A model generated the notes under the pieces. It saw nothing but the letters and a program-made list of their open reading frames with translations. It was not told where the DNA came from and ran no database searches. From positions 7,930-71,929 of the forward strand of contig CAZYVD010000002.1 of NCBI GenBank assembly GCA_964651045.1: DNA of 64,000 bases, given 5' to 3'. The translations under genes and the position numbers were made by a program. This document shows positions 50,321-61,028 of the stretch, one piece after another (positions within the stretch are counted from its first letter, which is position 1; every line of letters begins with the position of its first letter). The DNA comes from an uncultured bacterium (lineage in GTDB: Bacteria; Zhuqueibacterota; QNDG01; DSAB01).

Positions 50321-50960
50321 AGATCGGGGAATTCCATTCCAAGAACGCACCATTTTGAACTTCGAAAAGTATCAGAAATTAATTCTCGAGTGGAACAGTA
50401 GAGTAAATCTTATTTCGAAAAGAGATGAGGAGAGACTCATAACCAGACACTTTTTAAGTTCATTGGGATTGGTTACAGTGGTCAATATTGGAGAGAGGTC
50501 AAGGGTTTTGGATCTTGGTTCTGGGGGAGGATTCCCAGGGATACCCTTGAAATTGTTAAGACCAGACCTTGAGGTTTTTTTAGTCGAATCAAAAAGAAAG
50601 AAGGGAAATTTTCTCAACGAAGTCATTGGGTCTCTCGATCTTGAGGGTATAGAGGTTGTGGTTGATAGAGCGGAGAATATTGAAAATAAGATAGAGCCTG
50701 TTGACTTTGTTGTGAGCAGGGCTGTGACAAATCTATCTGATCTGTCGAGATGGAGCAGGGGGTTGCTAAAAAGGGAAGAGGGAAGGCTTGTTGCATTCAA
50801 GGGGATGAATCTGAAAAAGGAACTTGAGATGTTGAAGAAAAGAGCCTCGAAACTAAGAGTTAAGGGATGGAGGGTTTCTCGATATGATCCCTTTCCATCG
50901 GTTTTCAATCTCAAAGAAAGCTATATAGTGGAAGTATTTTTTTATAGAGAGTTATTATGA
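50268..50960 (+). CDS. rsmG: 16S rRNA (guanine527-N7)-methyltransferase RsmG (GidB)
   Basis: It contains 'ILEWNSRVNLISKRDEERLITRHFLSSL' and the SAM motif 'VLDLGSGGGFPGIPLKL'. The annotated start overlaps mnmG by 53 bp, so the real start is uncertain (possibly 50277). Confidence 0.8.
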   Translation: MREMFHVEQIGLLKKALEDRGIPFQERTILNFEKYQKLILEWNSRVNLISKRDEERLITRHFLSSLGLVTVVNIGERSRVLDLGSGGGFPGIPLKLLRPDLEVFLVESKRKKGNFLNEVIGSLDLEGIEVVVDRAENIENKIEPVDFVVSRAVTNLSDLSRWSRGLLKREEGRLVAFKGMNLKKELEMLKKRASKLRVKGWRVSRYDPFPSVFNLKESYIVEVFFYRELL

Positions 50961-53900
50961 AGAGAGAGATAGAGTCTATCATAAAGAACTCAAATAGTTA
51001 TAAGTATATATATAACAAACTGTTAAAAAAAGAATCGATAGAGGCAAAAAATATTATAGGCTCGCTTAAGTCATTGATTTTTCTGTTGGTTACGCAAGAA
51101 TTAAACAGGCCCGCCATTATGATTCTGCCGGACAGGGAACAATCTGAACTTGTGGCAGAGGAGATAAATGGTTTGGTAGATTATGAATCGGTAATGTTTT
51201 TCCCTGGCGGTGAAGAAGAAAAAGACAGCCCCCTGATAATAAATCCGAGAAGGTCAGGCCTGCAGATGAAGACTCTTGCAGCCATTGTTTCTGGAGGTGT
51301 GAAGCATGTTGTTACATCTCCAGAGGGAATCATGCTGAGAGTTCCACCTCCTGAGGAGATAGAGAGAGGGTCAATAGAGCTTTATATTGGAATGGAATGT
51401 AATATGTATGATTTAATCGAGCGGCTGATCGATTATGGATATACGCGGGAGAGCATGGTCGAACGACCTGGCGAGATAAGCACAAGAGGGGGTATACTTG
51501 ATATATTCCCTCTGACAGGTGAAGAACCGCAAAGGATAGAATTTTTTGGAAATCGAATCGATTCTATAAGAATCTTTGATATTGAAACTCAGTGTTCAAA
51601 AAAAAGGGGAGATAAGATTGTAATTGTACCTTCTCCGATATCTTGGAAAGACAGAGAAGCGACTATTTTTTCATACTTTAATAAAGAATTAATTCTCTTT
51701 ATTGAGGATCGAGATCTGGTTTTTACAGAGATTGAAAAGATCGAAAATAGATCAGACGGAGATTTAATCGGCCTGGAAAGAATCAAAAAATTGATTGAAG
51801 ATTACCAGATTATTTCTATGAATACAATTGGCAGGTCCAGGCAGGCCTTTGATTTTGGGGCAAGACCGATCAATAAAACATCAAAGAGGGTGGATGAAAT
51901 AAGAAGAAATCTTTTAGAAGAATGTGAAAAATATAGAAATTGCTTTATCGCTGCTGAGGATGAGATACAAAAAGAGAGATTAAAAGAGTTTCTCAATTTA
52001 GAAGTTGACTCAATACCTGGCCTTACCATGAGTATCTATCCAATTACACAAGGATTTGTCCTTCCAGATGCAGATCTTGCAGTATATACAATTGAAGACA
52101 TTTTAGGCAGAAGAGTAGTGAGAAGGAAAAGGAGAGGATTCAAGGATGCAGTTCCGATTAGAGAGCTTTCAGAATTAAAAAAGGGAGATTTTGTAGTTCA
52201 TATTGATTATGGAATTGGTCAATATCAGGGACTCGAGAAGATAAGGATAAGAGGGTCTGAAAGCGAGTGTCTATCAATACTTTATAAAGATGGAGACAAA
52301 CTCTACGTGCCAGTCGATAAGATGGAGAGAGTTCAAAAGTATTCTGGACGTCAGGGTGTGTCTCCCCCACTCACAAAAATCGGAGGGGGAGGATGGGAGA
52401 AGAAGAAGTATCGAACCAAAGAGTTTATTAAAAAGATCGCAAGAGAGTTGATAGAGATCTATTCGGCACGCGAGGTCTTGCCAGGGCACTCCTTTTCAAA
52501 AGATACTGTGTGGCAGAGCGAACTCGAGGCTTCATTTCCATATCAGGAGACACCAGATCAAATAAGAACGATCGAAGAGGTTAAGAAAGACATGGAAAAG
52601 AGCAGACCAATGGACAGACTGGTCTGTGGAGACGTGGGGTTTGGAAAAACAGAGGTTGCACTCAGAGCCGCATTCAAGGCTGTAAATGACGGCAAACAGG
52701 TAGCAGTTTTAGTGCCTACAACGATTTTGGCCCAGCAGCACTATCAGACATTTAAAGAAAGATTGGATCGTTTCCCAGTAATAGTAGAGGTTCTCTCCAG
52801 ATTCAAGAGTAAAGGAGAGCAGAAATCAATAATTGAAAGAGTGAAGAGAGGAGAGATCGACATAATAATAGGAACCCACCGTATCCTATCTGCAGATATT
52901 GTGTTCAAAGATATTGGACTTGTTATAATAGATGAGGAGCACAGGTTTGGTGTAAAACACAAGGAGAAACTAAAGAAGATCAGAAAAACAGTCGATGTGC
53001 TTACTCTTACGGCAACACCAATTCCAAGGACGCTTCAGCTCTCTTTAATGGATATCAGAGATATGTCGATCATAAACACACCTCCAAAGGACAGGCTTCC
53101 GATTATAACAGAAGTGGTTGCCTTTAATGAGGATATAATTCGAGATGCAATTGAGGAGGAAATCGATCGGGAAGGACAGATCTTTTTTGTACATAATCAT
53201 ATTAATTCTATAGATGCTGTTGCCAGGATGATTAAAAAGATTGTTCCTCACCTGCGTCTTGCTATTGCTCATGGGAGGATGAAGACAGATGAATTGGAGA
53301 GGGTTATGCTCGATTTTATCGAAAGAAAATATGACTGTCTTGTTGCCACAATGATAATAGGATCAGGACTCGATATGCCCAATGTAAACACACTCATTGT
53401 AAACAGAGCAGACAAACTTGGACTTGCCCAGCTATATCAGTTAAGGGGAAGAATTGGAAGATCCGACAGGCGTGCATATGCATATCTTTTGACCCCGCCC
53501 ATTCAATCAATGACACAAGATGCGATAAAGCGTTTGAGAACCATAGAGGAGTTTACAGAGCTTGGTTCAGGTTTTCAGATTGCATTAAGAGATCTTGAGA
53601 TACGGGGCTCGGGAAATCTGCTGGGAATTCAACAGAGCGGCTTCATCGATGCTGTGGGTTTTGATCTATATCTGAGATTGATTGGTGAGGCCATAGAGGA
53701 GTTAAAAAGAGGCGAGAAAGAGAGGGAGATGCCCTCACTTGAGATGTCAGAGTGTGGAGTCGATATTGACATCGATGCATTCTTTCCTGTTTCATTTGTG
53801 CCTGACGAGAGCATTCGTGTTAATCTCTATAGAAAACTCTCATCTTTTAAAACAGAAGAACAGATCAGCAGTTTTACAAGAGAGCTTCGCGATCGCTTTG

Positions 53901-54202
53901 GCAAATTACCTATAGAAGCAGAGAATCTTTTAAATGTATCGGAATTAAAGATTCTGGGAACCAGGATGGGATTCAAGAGGATCATTATAAATGGTCGAAA
54001 GGGAGAGATTCTATTTAATCAAGAGTGGACAGAGAGATTCTCTTCAGAGGAACAAATTTCAGAATGGCTACGTTCAATAATAGAATCCAGCCCTGTGCCC
54101 GTGAGGTTTAAGCAGAGTAAAATATTTGCAGTGATGTTTGATATTCCAGAGGAGAGGGATAAACTCTCATTTACCAGAAAGTTGTTGCAAAGCTGGAGTT
54201 GA
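50957..54202 (+). CDS. mfd: Transcription-repair coupling factor Mfd
   Basis: The 1081-aa protein has an RNAP-interacting domain and superfamily-2 helicase motifs ('CGDVGFGKTEVALRAAF', 'VIIDEEHRFGV', 'LTATPIPRTL', 'QLRGRIGRS'). A C-terminal TRCF domain is present. Confidence 0.95.
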   Translation: MKREIESIIKNSNSYKYIYNKLLKKESIEAKNIIGSLKSLIFLLVTQELNRPAIMILPDREQSELVAEEINGLVDYESVMFFPGGEEEKDSPLIINPRRSGLQMKTLAAIVSGGVKHVVTSPEGIMLRVPPPEEIERGSIELYIGMECNMYDLIERLIDYGYTRESMVERPGEISTRGGILDIFPLTGEEPQRIEFFGNRIDSIRIFDIETQCSKKRGDKIVIVPSPISWKDREATIFSYFNKELILFIEDRDLVFTEIEKIENRSDGDLIGLERIKKLIEDYQIISMNTIGRSRQAFDFGARPINKTSKRVDEIRRNLLEECEKYRNCFIAAEDEIQKERLKEFLNLEVDSIPGLTMSIYPITQGFVLPDADLAVYTIEDILGRRVVRRKRRGFKDAVPIRELSELKKGDFVVHIDYGIGQYQGLEKIRIRGSESECLSILYKDGDKLYVPVDKMERVQKYSGRQGVSPPLTKIGGGGWEKKKYRTKEFIKKIARELIEIYSAREVLPGHSFSKDTVWQSELEASFPYQETPDQIRTIEEVKKDMEKSRPMDRLVCGDVGFGKTEVALRAAFKAVNDGKQVAVLVPTTILAQQHYQTFKERLDRFPVIVEVLSRFKSKGEQKSIIERVKRGEIDIIIGTHRILSADIVFKDIGLVIIDEEHRFGVKHKEKLKKIRKTVDVLTLTATPIPRTLQLSLMDIRDMSIINTPPKDRLPIITEVVAFNEDIIRDAIEEEIDREGQIFFVHNHINSIDAVARMIKKIVPHLRLAIAHGRMKTDELERVMLDFIERKYDCLVATMIIGSGLDMPNVNTLIVNRADKLGLAQLYQLRGRIGRSDRRAYAYLLTPPIQSMTQDAIKRLRTIEEFTELGSGFQIALRDLEIRGSGNLLGIQQSGFIDAVGFDLYLRLIGEAIEELKRGEKEREMPSLEMSECGVDIDIDAFFPVSFVPDESIRVNLYRKLSSFKTEEQISSFTRELRDRFGKLPIEAENLLNVSELKILGTRMGFKRIIINGRKGEILFNQEWTERFSSEEQISEWLRSIIESSPVPVRFKQSKIFAVMFDIPEERDKLSFTRKLLQSWS

Positions 54203-54244
54203 ATCATTATTTTTATTAAATATTAAGATTAAAGAGGTAAGGAA

Positions 54245-55963
54245 ATGGTTAGATATAGAATAATAACGGCTGTTTTTATATTAATATTTATTTTTAGCAG
54301 TTGTTCAAAAGAAGATCCAATAATCGTTAGGGTTGGGGAAAACCAGATAATAACAATAGATGAGCTTAAGGAGAGTTTCAACACTGAGAAAGATTTTTTT
54401 AATGCAGATTCTGTTAAGATTTGTGCTAATCTGGACTCTCTAATAAACATAAGAATAATGACTAATTACTGTTATAAACAGGGACTCGACAGAGATTCGA
54501 CCGTTCTGAAGAGTATAGAACCCATAGAAAGGTTTTATTTAACAAGAAGACTTTATGAAAAAAAGATATTGAGCAAACAGATAAAAGAGGGAGACATCAG
54601 AGATTTCTATAATCATATGGACAGAGATGTTTTGATAAGATATATATATTTTCAAGTTCCATCTGGTTCAGGGAAAGACGAAGAAGAGAAGATAAAAACA
54701 AGAGCAGAGAATGTATTAAGGAGACTCAAGCAAGGAGAGGATTTTGAAAAAATAGAACAGGAGTATTCCAGAAGTACCAGAAGTGGTTATGTAGGCATAG
54801 GCACAGACTCGATATCTTGGAACTGGTCATCTTATAAGAATCCTGTTGAAAACACTGCATTCTTATTAAAGGAGGGCAGTATTTCTGGCCTGATAAGGGG
54901 GCACATGGCTTATTACATAATAAAAGTAGAGAAAATCAGAAAAAAAGAGAGAAGGCCATACAATGAATTAAGAGGCTATATTTTAAACCAGCTTGAAAAC
55001 AGGGACAGGAGAATTTTATTAAAAAAGAAAGACCGTTACAGAAGCAGAGTTCTTGCTGAGCACAAATTTTCATGGAATAATGAAGGGATAAAATATTTTT
55101 TTGAAAGGCTTGGAATTAATGGGCCGGTTTATTGTGATATGTTAATAAAACATATTAAAGAGAATTTTACTGATGAGGAAAAGTCAACGGTCTTGGCCAC
55201 TTTTGACAACAAAGTCTTTACAATCAAAGAGTTTATAGACAGGTTAGAGTGGATTCCTCCCAAGAGCTCGATTCGTTTATACGCAATAGAGAGATTAAAG
55301 GGCAATATAAGACTTATGGTTGCAGAAGATATTCTGGTAGAAATTGCAAAGAGAGAGGGGCTGGATTCAGACAGATTTTTTAAGGAGAAGATAAGAGAGG
55401 AAAAAGAGAAGGCAATGATTGTTGTGCTGCTTAAAAAGATATATGGAGATATTGAGCCAGAAGAAGAGGATCTGAGAAGATTTTACAATGAAAGTGTAGA
55501 CAGCCTCTACTCTGTTCCAGAGCGAGTCGTGGTTCAGGAGGTATTGGTGACCGACAGATCAAAGGCAGAGAAAATAGTAAAAATTGCCAGGAGAGGAGAA
55601 TCGTTTTCAAGGTTGGTTGAGCAATTTTCAGAAAGAAGTGGGTTCAAGAAGATTAAAGGGAAAATTGGGCCGTTTGAGAGGGGAATGTGGGGAAGGATAG
55701 GTGAGGAGGCGTTCAAGATGAAGGAGGGAGAGATAGCAGGTCCAATAGAACTGGAGAACAATAAGGGATATTCAATAATAAAGCTTATTTCAAGAATTCC
55801 TATACAGAGAATTCCATTCAACGAGATAAAGAGGGATGTGATAGATGATTATATAGAAAACATTAAAAGGAGGAAGCTGGAGGCCTGGCTTGCGGAGAAA
55901 AGACAGGAGATTCCGGTAACTATATACAGAGATGTTTTAAAACGAGAATTGGAGGGATTATAA
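54245..55963 (+). CDS. SurA/PpiD-like periplasmic chaperone with a parvulin (PpiC-type) PPIase domain
   Basis: An N-terminal signal anchor is followed by a SurA-N-like helical domain. A C-terminal parvulin domain spans 'VVVQEVLVTDRSKAEKI...GPFERGMWGRIGEEAFKMKEGEIAGPIELENNKGYSIIKL'. Confidence 0.65.
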   Translation: MVRYRIITAVFILIFIFSSCSKEDPIIVRVGENQIITIDELKESFNTEKDFFNADSVKICANLDSLINIRIMTNYCYKQGLDRDSTVLKSIEPIERFYLTRRLYEKKILSKQIKEGDIRDFYNHMDRDVLIRYIYFQVPSGSGKDEEEKIKTRAENVLRRLKQGEDFEKIEQEYSRSTRSGYVGIGTDSISWNWSSYKNPVENTAFLLKEGSISGLIRGHMAYYIIKVEKIRKKERRPYNELRGYILNQLENRDRRILLKKKDRYRSRVLAEHKFSWNNEGIKYFFERLGINGPVYCDMLIKHIKENFTDEEKSTVLATFDNKVFTIKEFIDRLEWIPPKSSIRLYAIERLKGNIRLMVAEDILVEIAKREGLDSDRFFKEKIREEKEKAMIVVLLKKIYGDIEPEEEDLRRFYNESVDSLYSVPERVVVQEVLVTDRSKAEKIVKIARRGESFSRLVEQFSERSGFKKIKGKIGPFERGMWGRIGEEAFKMKEGEIAGPIELENNKGYSIIKLISRIPIQRIPFNEIKRDVIDDYIENIKRRKLEAWLAEKRQEIPVTIYRDVLKRELEGL

Positions 55964-55967
55964 GACA

Positions 55968-56816
55968 ATGAAAAAAAGGGAATTTCTTATTTATCTTGGT
56001 GTATTGTTAATTGTCGCATTTTGTTGCAAAAGAGGCGGTTCTGAGGATGAGATTGTTGCGCGTGTTAACAATGCAACACTGACTAAAAAGCAGTTGCGGA
56101 AGCAGATGGAGTGGGACGGAATAGACATCCAGCAGGAGTCGGAGTATGTTGACAGATGGATAGACAGGGAACTGTTATATCAGGAGGCAAGAAGACTAAA
56201 AAGAGAGAACAGAGAAGAACTCAAATGGATGCTTGAGAAGATGGAGAAGGAGTATTTGATAAATAAGTTGATAGAGAAAACATTCTCAGAAAAGATAAAT
56301 ATCACAGACGAGGAGATCAGTTTCTTTTATGAAAACAACAAGAGTATGTTCACCGTTGCAGAGGATGAGGTGCGAGCGCTTCATATATTAACAAAGACAA
56401 AAAAAGATGCAGATGCGGCAAGACAGCAGATAATGGCAGGCAAGCCATTTGATCAGGTCGCAAAGGAGTACTCTGTTGGAATTTTTAAAGACAGGGGTGG
56501 GGATATGGGGTTTTTTAAGAGAGATGAGGTTATTCCAGAAATAGGACGCTATGCCTTCAGGCTTTCAGAGGGTGGTGTTTCACCTGTTTTTAAGAGCAGC
56601 CATGGGTATCATATTATAAAGGTACTCAAGAAGCGGTTGAAGGGTGAAGTTAGATCTATAGAAGACGTCAGGGATGAGATATTTCAGCAGCTCAGAGCAA
56701 GTAAGGAACGGTCGGTTTACCAGGATCTTCTCTATCAGCTGAAGAACCGGGCAGATGTTTTAGTGGTTATTCCACCAAGAGAAGTGAGGCCCGATTCTTT
56801 AAAACAAAAAGATTAA
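55968..56816 (+). CDS. Parvulin-type peptidyl-prolyl isomerase (PpiC/PrsA-like)
   Basis: It has a signal peptide and the parvulin domain 'VRALHILTKTKKDADAARQQIMAGKPFDQVAKEYS...GDMGFFKRDEVIPEIGRYAFRLSEGGVSPVFKSSHGYHIIKV'. Confidence 0.7.
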   Translation: MKKREFLIYLGVLLIVAFCCKRGGSEDEIVARVNNATLTKKQLRKQMEWDGIDIQQESEYVDRWIDRELLYQEARRLKRENREELKWMLEKMEKEYLINKLIEKTFSEKINITDEEISFFYENNKSMFTVAEDEVRALHILTKTKKDADAARQQIMAGKPFDQVAKEYSVGIFKDRGGDMGFFKRDEVIPEIGRYAFRLSEGGVSPVFKSSHGYHIIKVLKKRLKGEVRSIEDVRDEIFQQLRASKERSVYQDLLYQLKNRADVLVVIPPREVRPDSLKQKD

Positions 56817-56834
56817 AACAAGCTGAGGATAGAC

Positions 56835-58130
56835 ATGAGAAAGAGCCAGATTATATTTTTAATTTTCATGATCATGAGTCTGATTTCAACATTATTAGGT
56901 CAGGAGGTGCTGGAGTGTATTGTTGCAATCGTTGGGGATAAGGCAATTCTTAAATCAGAACTAATGAGCACATCCCAGGCAATAGCATTACAGTATGGCA
57001 TAGATCCAAACACTGAACCAGAGAAGTTTAAAAGACTAACCAGAAGTGTGCTAGAAAATATGATTAACGAAAATGTTCTTCTTGCAAAGGCTGAGGAGGA
57101 TACAATTACAGTTGACGATCAGACTGTGGAGAAGGAGCTGGATGCAAGAATACAGAGTTTTATTGATCAGCTGGGTTCTAAAGAGAAGGTTGAAAAATAT
57201 TTTGGAGAATCAGTTAACAAGATAAAGAGAGACTACAGAGAGGTTATAAAAAACCAGCTAATAGTGCAGAAGGTGCAGAGCAGGAGGCTTATGGAGGTGC
57301 AGATATCGCGACGTGAGGTTGAACAATTTTTTAATGCCATTAAGGACAGCCTTCCTGAAATAGGAAGGCAGGTAAATCTCCGTCACATCTTGCTTGCATT
57401 TAAGCCGGGAACAAAGGCTAGAGATTACGCACTCGAAAGAATGAGAGAGATAAGGAAAAGGATAGAGAATGGAGAATCCTTTGAGAAACTGGCCGCGCAA
57501 TTCTCTGAGGATCCTGCCACTGCCTCAGATGGAGGAGATCTTGGTTTTATAGAGAGAGGCACACTCTTTCAATCGTTTGAAGAGGCAGCCTTTCGGCTAT
57601 CAAGACCGGGAGAGATATCAGAGATTGTCGAGTCGCCTGTTGGGCTCCATCTGATTAAACTAGTGGAGAAGAGAGGCAACAGGGTGCATGTAAAGCATAT
57701 ACTTATACGTCTTTCTGTGACAGATGTTGACGAGAGTGAAATATACAATAAGATACTGGAGTTGAGAAACAGGGCACTTGCTGGAGAAGATTTTGGTGCT
57801 CTTGCGAGTGAGTTCTCGGATGATCCCGATACAAAAGACAGCGGTGGCAGTTTAGGCTGGCAGCTTGTAGATGACTTTCAGATTAAGGAGTTTAAAGATG
57901 CAGTCGATACTCTGAAGGAGGGGGAGATATCGCTTCCGTTTAAGACAAAGTTTGGTTATCACATAGTTAAGGTTGAGGGCATAAGAGAGAAGAGAAGATA
58001 CTCACTTAAGGAGGATTGGGAGCAGATAAAGGGCTTTGCCCTCCAGAGAAAACGGCAGAAGGTATTGGGGGAATGGTTACAAGAGCTTCGTAATAATATA
58101 TATATTGATATCAAAGAAGACCTACTATAA
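56835..58130 (+). CDS. surA: Periplasmic chaperone SurA (two parvulin domains)
   Basis: It has a signal peptide, an N-terminal SurA domain, and two PpiC domains ('[13 protein letters not shown]...[43 protein letters not shown]' and '[11 protein letters not shown]...[43 protein letters not shown]'). Confidence 0.8.
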   Translation: MRKSQIIFLIFMIMSLISTLLGQEVLECIVAIVGDKAILKSELMSTSQAIALQYGIDPNTEPEKFKRLTRSVLENMINENVLLAKAEEDTITVDDQTVEKELDARIQSFIDQLGSKEKVEKYFGESVNKIKRDYREVIKNQLIVQKVQSRRLMEVQISRREVEQFFNAIKDSLPEIGRQVNLRHILLAFKPGTKARDYALERMREIRKRIENGESFEKLAAQFSEDPATASDGGDLGFIERGTLFQSFEEAAFRLSRPGEISEIVESPVGLHLIKLVEKRGNRVHVKHILIRLSVTDVDESEIYNKILELRNRALAGEDFGALASEFSDDPDTKDSGGSLGWQLVDDFQIKEFKDAVDTLKEGEISLPFKTKFGYHIVKVEGIREKRRYSLKEDWEQIKGFALQRKRQKVLGEWLQELRNNIYIDIKEDLL

Positions 58131-58150
58131 CCATTGATGAGCATAAATTA

Positions 58151-59797
58151 ATGAAGAAACACTTCTTTGCATTAATTGTACTTATAACGATTCAGTTTTT
58201 ACAGGCAGGGCTTCCAAAAAAGTTTGATCTTCGCGATGTTAACGGAAAAAACTTTGTAACTTCTGTTAGAACTCAGCAAGGAGGGACCTGCTGGACTCAT
58301 GGAACAATGGCAGCAATCGAGGGCAATCTTATGATAACGGGTGTATGGAGTGCGGCAGGAGAGCAGGGAGAGCCAAATCTTGCAGAATATCATTTAGACT
58401 GGTGGAATGGATTTAATAGCAATTCCAATAAGGATCGCACTCCTTCCGATGGAGGTGGGCTGGTTGTTCATATGGGTGGCGACTATAGAGTAAGTTCTGC
58501 ATATCTTTCAAGAGGGGATGGAGCAGTTAGAGATGTTGACGCTCAGCAGTACGAACCTGCTCCTCAGCAAAGAAGTACAGAGTATCACTACTATTATGTT
58601 CGTGACATTGAGTGGTACAGCGCAGGAGAAAATCTGGAACACATAGAGATAATCAAAAAGAAGTTGATGGAGCATGGAGTGATGGGTACGTGTATGTGTT
58701 ATAACTCATTGTTCATTAACAGGCAGTATGAACACTACCAGCCAGAATACAATAATGCAGACCCCAATCATTCCATTGCCATTGTTGGCTGGGATGATGA
58801 TGTAGAGATTGATGGAGCTCCTGGAAAGGGGGCATGGTTGTGCAAGAATAGCTGGGGAGCCTACTGGGGGCTGAATGGATATTTCTGGATCTCATATTAT
58901 GATAAACACTGTGGTAAACATCCAGAAATGGGAGCAGTCTCGTTTTATAATGTTGAGCCTATGAGATATGATACAATCTACTATCATGATTACCACGGCT
59001 GGAGAGATACAAGGCCTGAAATTAAAGAGGCCTTTAATTGTTTTGTTGGTAATGAAAACCAGAAACTGGAGTCTGTGAGTTTTTATACGGCAAAAGACAG
59101 CATTGAATATATAGTAATAATTTATGATAGATTTAAGAATGGCCAGCTGCTGGATGAGTGTTCTGTAAAGTCGGGAACAATTTACCATAAGGGGTTTCAC
59201 ACCATAGATCTCGATTCTTCTGTGGCTCTTGCGGAAGACGACTCCTTCTATATATATCTCTATCTTTCGGATGGGGGCCATCCTATTGACAGAACATCAA
59301 TTGTACCGGTTCTTCTTGGAGCAAAGAGTTATTATCCTCTAGTGGTCTCTAAGGCAGATCCTGGTGAGAGTTATTATATGAGCGATGGAGAGTGGAAAGA
59401 CCTTTACAATTATAGTTTTAGCGATCCTTCATGGAACCATTCAGCCAATTTTTGTATCAAGGGTCTTGCAGTTAACGAGTCGGGTGCAGAGGATTCGTCA
59501 TCTGGTAATGAGAGTCCAACCTCTTTTCAACTGTTTCCAAATTATCCAAACCCGTTTAATCTGACAACAAAAATCAGGTACTATCTCCCCCAAAAGACGA
59601 GAGCCGTTGTGAGGATATATAATCTCCGTGGAGAGAAAATAAAAACTCTAATAAATCAGATTCAGAGTTCTGGCATGAAGGAACTGACCTGGGATGGAAC
59701 AGACGAGGGCGGCATGGTAGTTGGTTCAGGCATATATTTGTGCGTGTTGCTGGCAGACGGAGAGACCTCAAGCATCAAGATTACACTCATTAAATAG
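58151..59797 (+). CDS. Papain-family (C1A) cysteine peptidase with a C-terminal T9SS sorting domain
   Basis: It has a signal peptide. The catalytic motifs are '[10 protein letters not shown]' (Cys), '[11 protein letters not shown]' (His) and '[17 protein letters not shown]' (Asn/Trp). The C-terminal approximately 85 aa ('[44 protein letters not shown]...[22 protein letters not shown]') match the Por_Secre_tail/TIGR04183 pattern. Confidence 0.85.
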   Translation: MKKHFFALIVLITIQFLQAGLPKKFDLRDVNGKNFVTSVRTQQGGTCWTHGTMAAIEGNLMITGVWSAAGEQGEPNLAEYHLDWWNGFNSNSNKDRTPSDGGGLVVHMGGDYRVSSAYLSRGDGAVRDVDAQQYEPAPQQRSTEYHYYYVRDIEWYSAGENLEHIEIIKKKLMEHGVMGTCMCYNSLFINRQYEHYQPEYNNADPNHSIAIVGWDDDVEIDGAPGKGAWLCKNSWGAYWGLNGYFWISYYDKHCGKHPEMGAVSFYNVEPMRYDTIYYHDYHGWRDTRPEIKEAFNCFVGNENQKLESVSFYTAKDSIEYIVIIYDRFKNGQLLDECSVKSGTIYHKGFHTIDLDSSVALAEDDSFYIYLYLSDGGHPIDRTSIVPVLLGAKSYYPLVVSKADPGESYYMSDGEWKDLYNYSFSDPSWNHSANFCIKGLAVNESGAEDSSSGNESPTSFQLFPNYPNPFNLTTKIRYYLPQKTRAVVRIYNLRGEKIKTLINQIQSSGMKELTWDGTDEGGMVVGSGIYLCVLLADGETSSIKITLIK

Positions 59798-59829
59798 TTT
59801 ATTTCTACCTGAGAAATCAGGAGGGCGGA

Positions 59830-60330
59830 TTGGAAATTGCAGGAATCATAATTTTCTGGATCGTTCTTATAGGTGGAATTGTTGTTATTCCATTTGGAAT
59901 TCCTGGTACATTCATTATTGTGGCCGATGCATTGGTATATGGCCTTGCAACTGGTTTTGAAAAGATAACACTGCTATTTGTTGGTATTCTTCTGGCAATG
60001 GCGGTTGCTGTGGAGGTTGTTGAGGGTATTCTTGGCGCATTCATGGCAAACCGTTTTGGTGGATCGAAATGGTCAATGGCAGGTGCAATATTGGGTGGAT
60101 TTATCGGGGCAGTAATCGGTACACCAATAGCGCCAGTTATTGGGACACTGCTCGGTGGATTTCTGGGAGCATTCACAGGAGCAACCCTACTGGAGTGGAT
60201 TCACTCATCAGATATTGAACGCTCGCTCAGAGCAGGACTTGGTGCATTTTTTGGGGCGGTTGGAGGAAAGATTACCAAGATTGTGGTAGCTATCATCATG
60301 GTAATCATGACAGGCATCAGAGTGTTTTGA
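59830..60330 (+). CDS. Small Gly-rich 4-TM membrane protein (DUF456-like)
   Basis: The 166-aa protein consists almost entirely of Gly/Ala/Ile-rich TM helices ('IAGIIIFWIVLIGGIVVIPFGIPGTFIIVADALVYG', 'GAILGGFIGAVIGTPIAPVIGTLLGGFLGAFTGA'). Confidence 0.45.
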   Translation: MEIAGIIIFWIVLIGGIVVIPFGIPGTFIIVADALVYGLATGFEKITLLFVGILLAMAVAVEVVEGILGAFMANRFGGSKWSMAGAILGGFIGAVIGTPIAPVIGTLLGGFLGAFTGATLLEWIHSSDIERSLRAGLGAFFGAVGGKITKIVVAIIMVIMTGIRVF

Positions 60331-60347
60331 TTTGATATGGGAAAGAT

Positions 60348-61019
60348 ATGGTTCGTTGCATCAAGATCCTTTTGTTAACAATTTTTATTGCTCCTAATGC
60401 TCTGATGCAGACAGAAGAGGCGAGCTCTCTGGTAATAGCAAGGGTAAAATATCGGGGAGGAGGTGACTGGTACAACGACCCTTCCATTTTGCCAAACCTC
60501 TGTAGATATATAAAAGAACACACAAATATCAAGATATCAGATAAAGAGGAATCGGTATCGCTGAGTGATGATGAGATGTTTTCATATCCTATTCTATTTC
60601 TAACAGGGCACGGAAGGATAACGTTGTCAGAAGAGGAAACGTTGCGGTTAAGAAAATATCTTTTACACGGAGGATTTCTCTATGCAGATGATGACTATGG
60701 CATGGACAGATATTTTCGGGCCATAATGAAGAAAGTTTTTCCTGAACGTGAACTGGTTGAACTTCCCTTTTCTCATGGAATCTATCATATATTTTATGAA
60801 TTTGATCATGGTCTTCCAAAAATACACGAGCATGACAATAAGAGCCCACAGGGCTTTGGAATTTTTGATGATGCAGGAAGGTTGATGGTCTTCTATACGT
60901 ATGAGACCAATATCTCTGATGGATGGGCCGATCCTGAAGTACATAACGATCCGCCAGAGAAGAGAGAAGAGGCATTTCGAATGGGTACAAACATCATAAT
61001 CTGGGCATTAATCAACTGA
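60348..61019 (+). CDS. DUF4159-domain protein
   Basis: It has a signal peptide. 'ARVKYRGGGDWYNDPS' and 'LSDDEMFSYPILFLTGHGRITLSEEETLRLRKYLLHGGFLYADDD' fit the DUF4159 pattern (LryggG.W...P...........L.dpeLf.yPfLymtG...f.ls..E...LR.YL..GGfL..DD). Confidence 0.55.
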   Translation: MVRCIKILLLTIFIAPNALMQTEEASSLVIARVKYRGGGDWYNDPSILPNLCRYIKEHTNIKISDKEESVSLSDDEMFSYPILFLTGHGRITLSEEETLRLRKYLLHGGFLYADDDYGMDRYFRAIMKKVFPERELVELPFSHGIYHIFYEFDHGLPKIHEHDNKSPQGFGIFDDAGRLMVFYTYETNISDGWADPEVHNDPPEKREEAFRMGTNIIIWALIN

Positions 61020-61028
61020 GAGGATATT

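Noticed and set aside
59817-60176. 119-aa minus-strand ORF (Pro/Ile/Ala-rich) antisense to the DUF456-like gene
   Set aside because: Its proline-rich composition is the antisense reading of Gly-rich (GGN) codons. It has no independent support.
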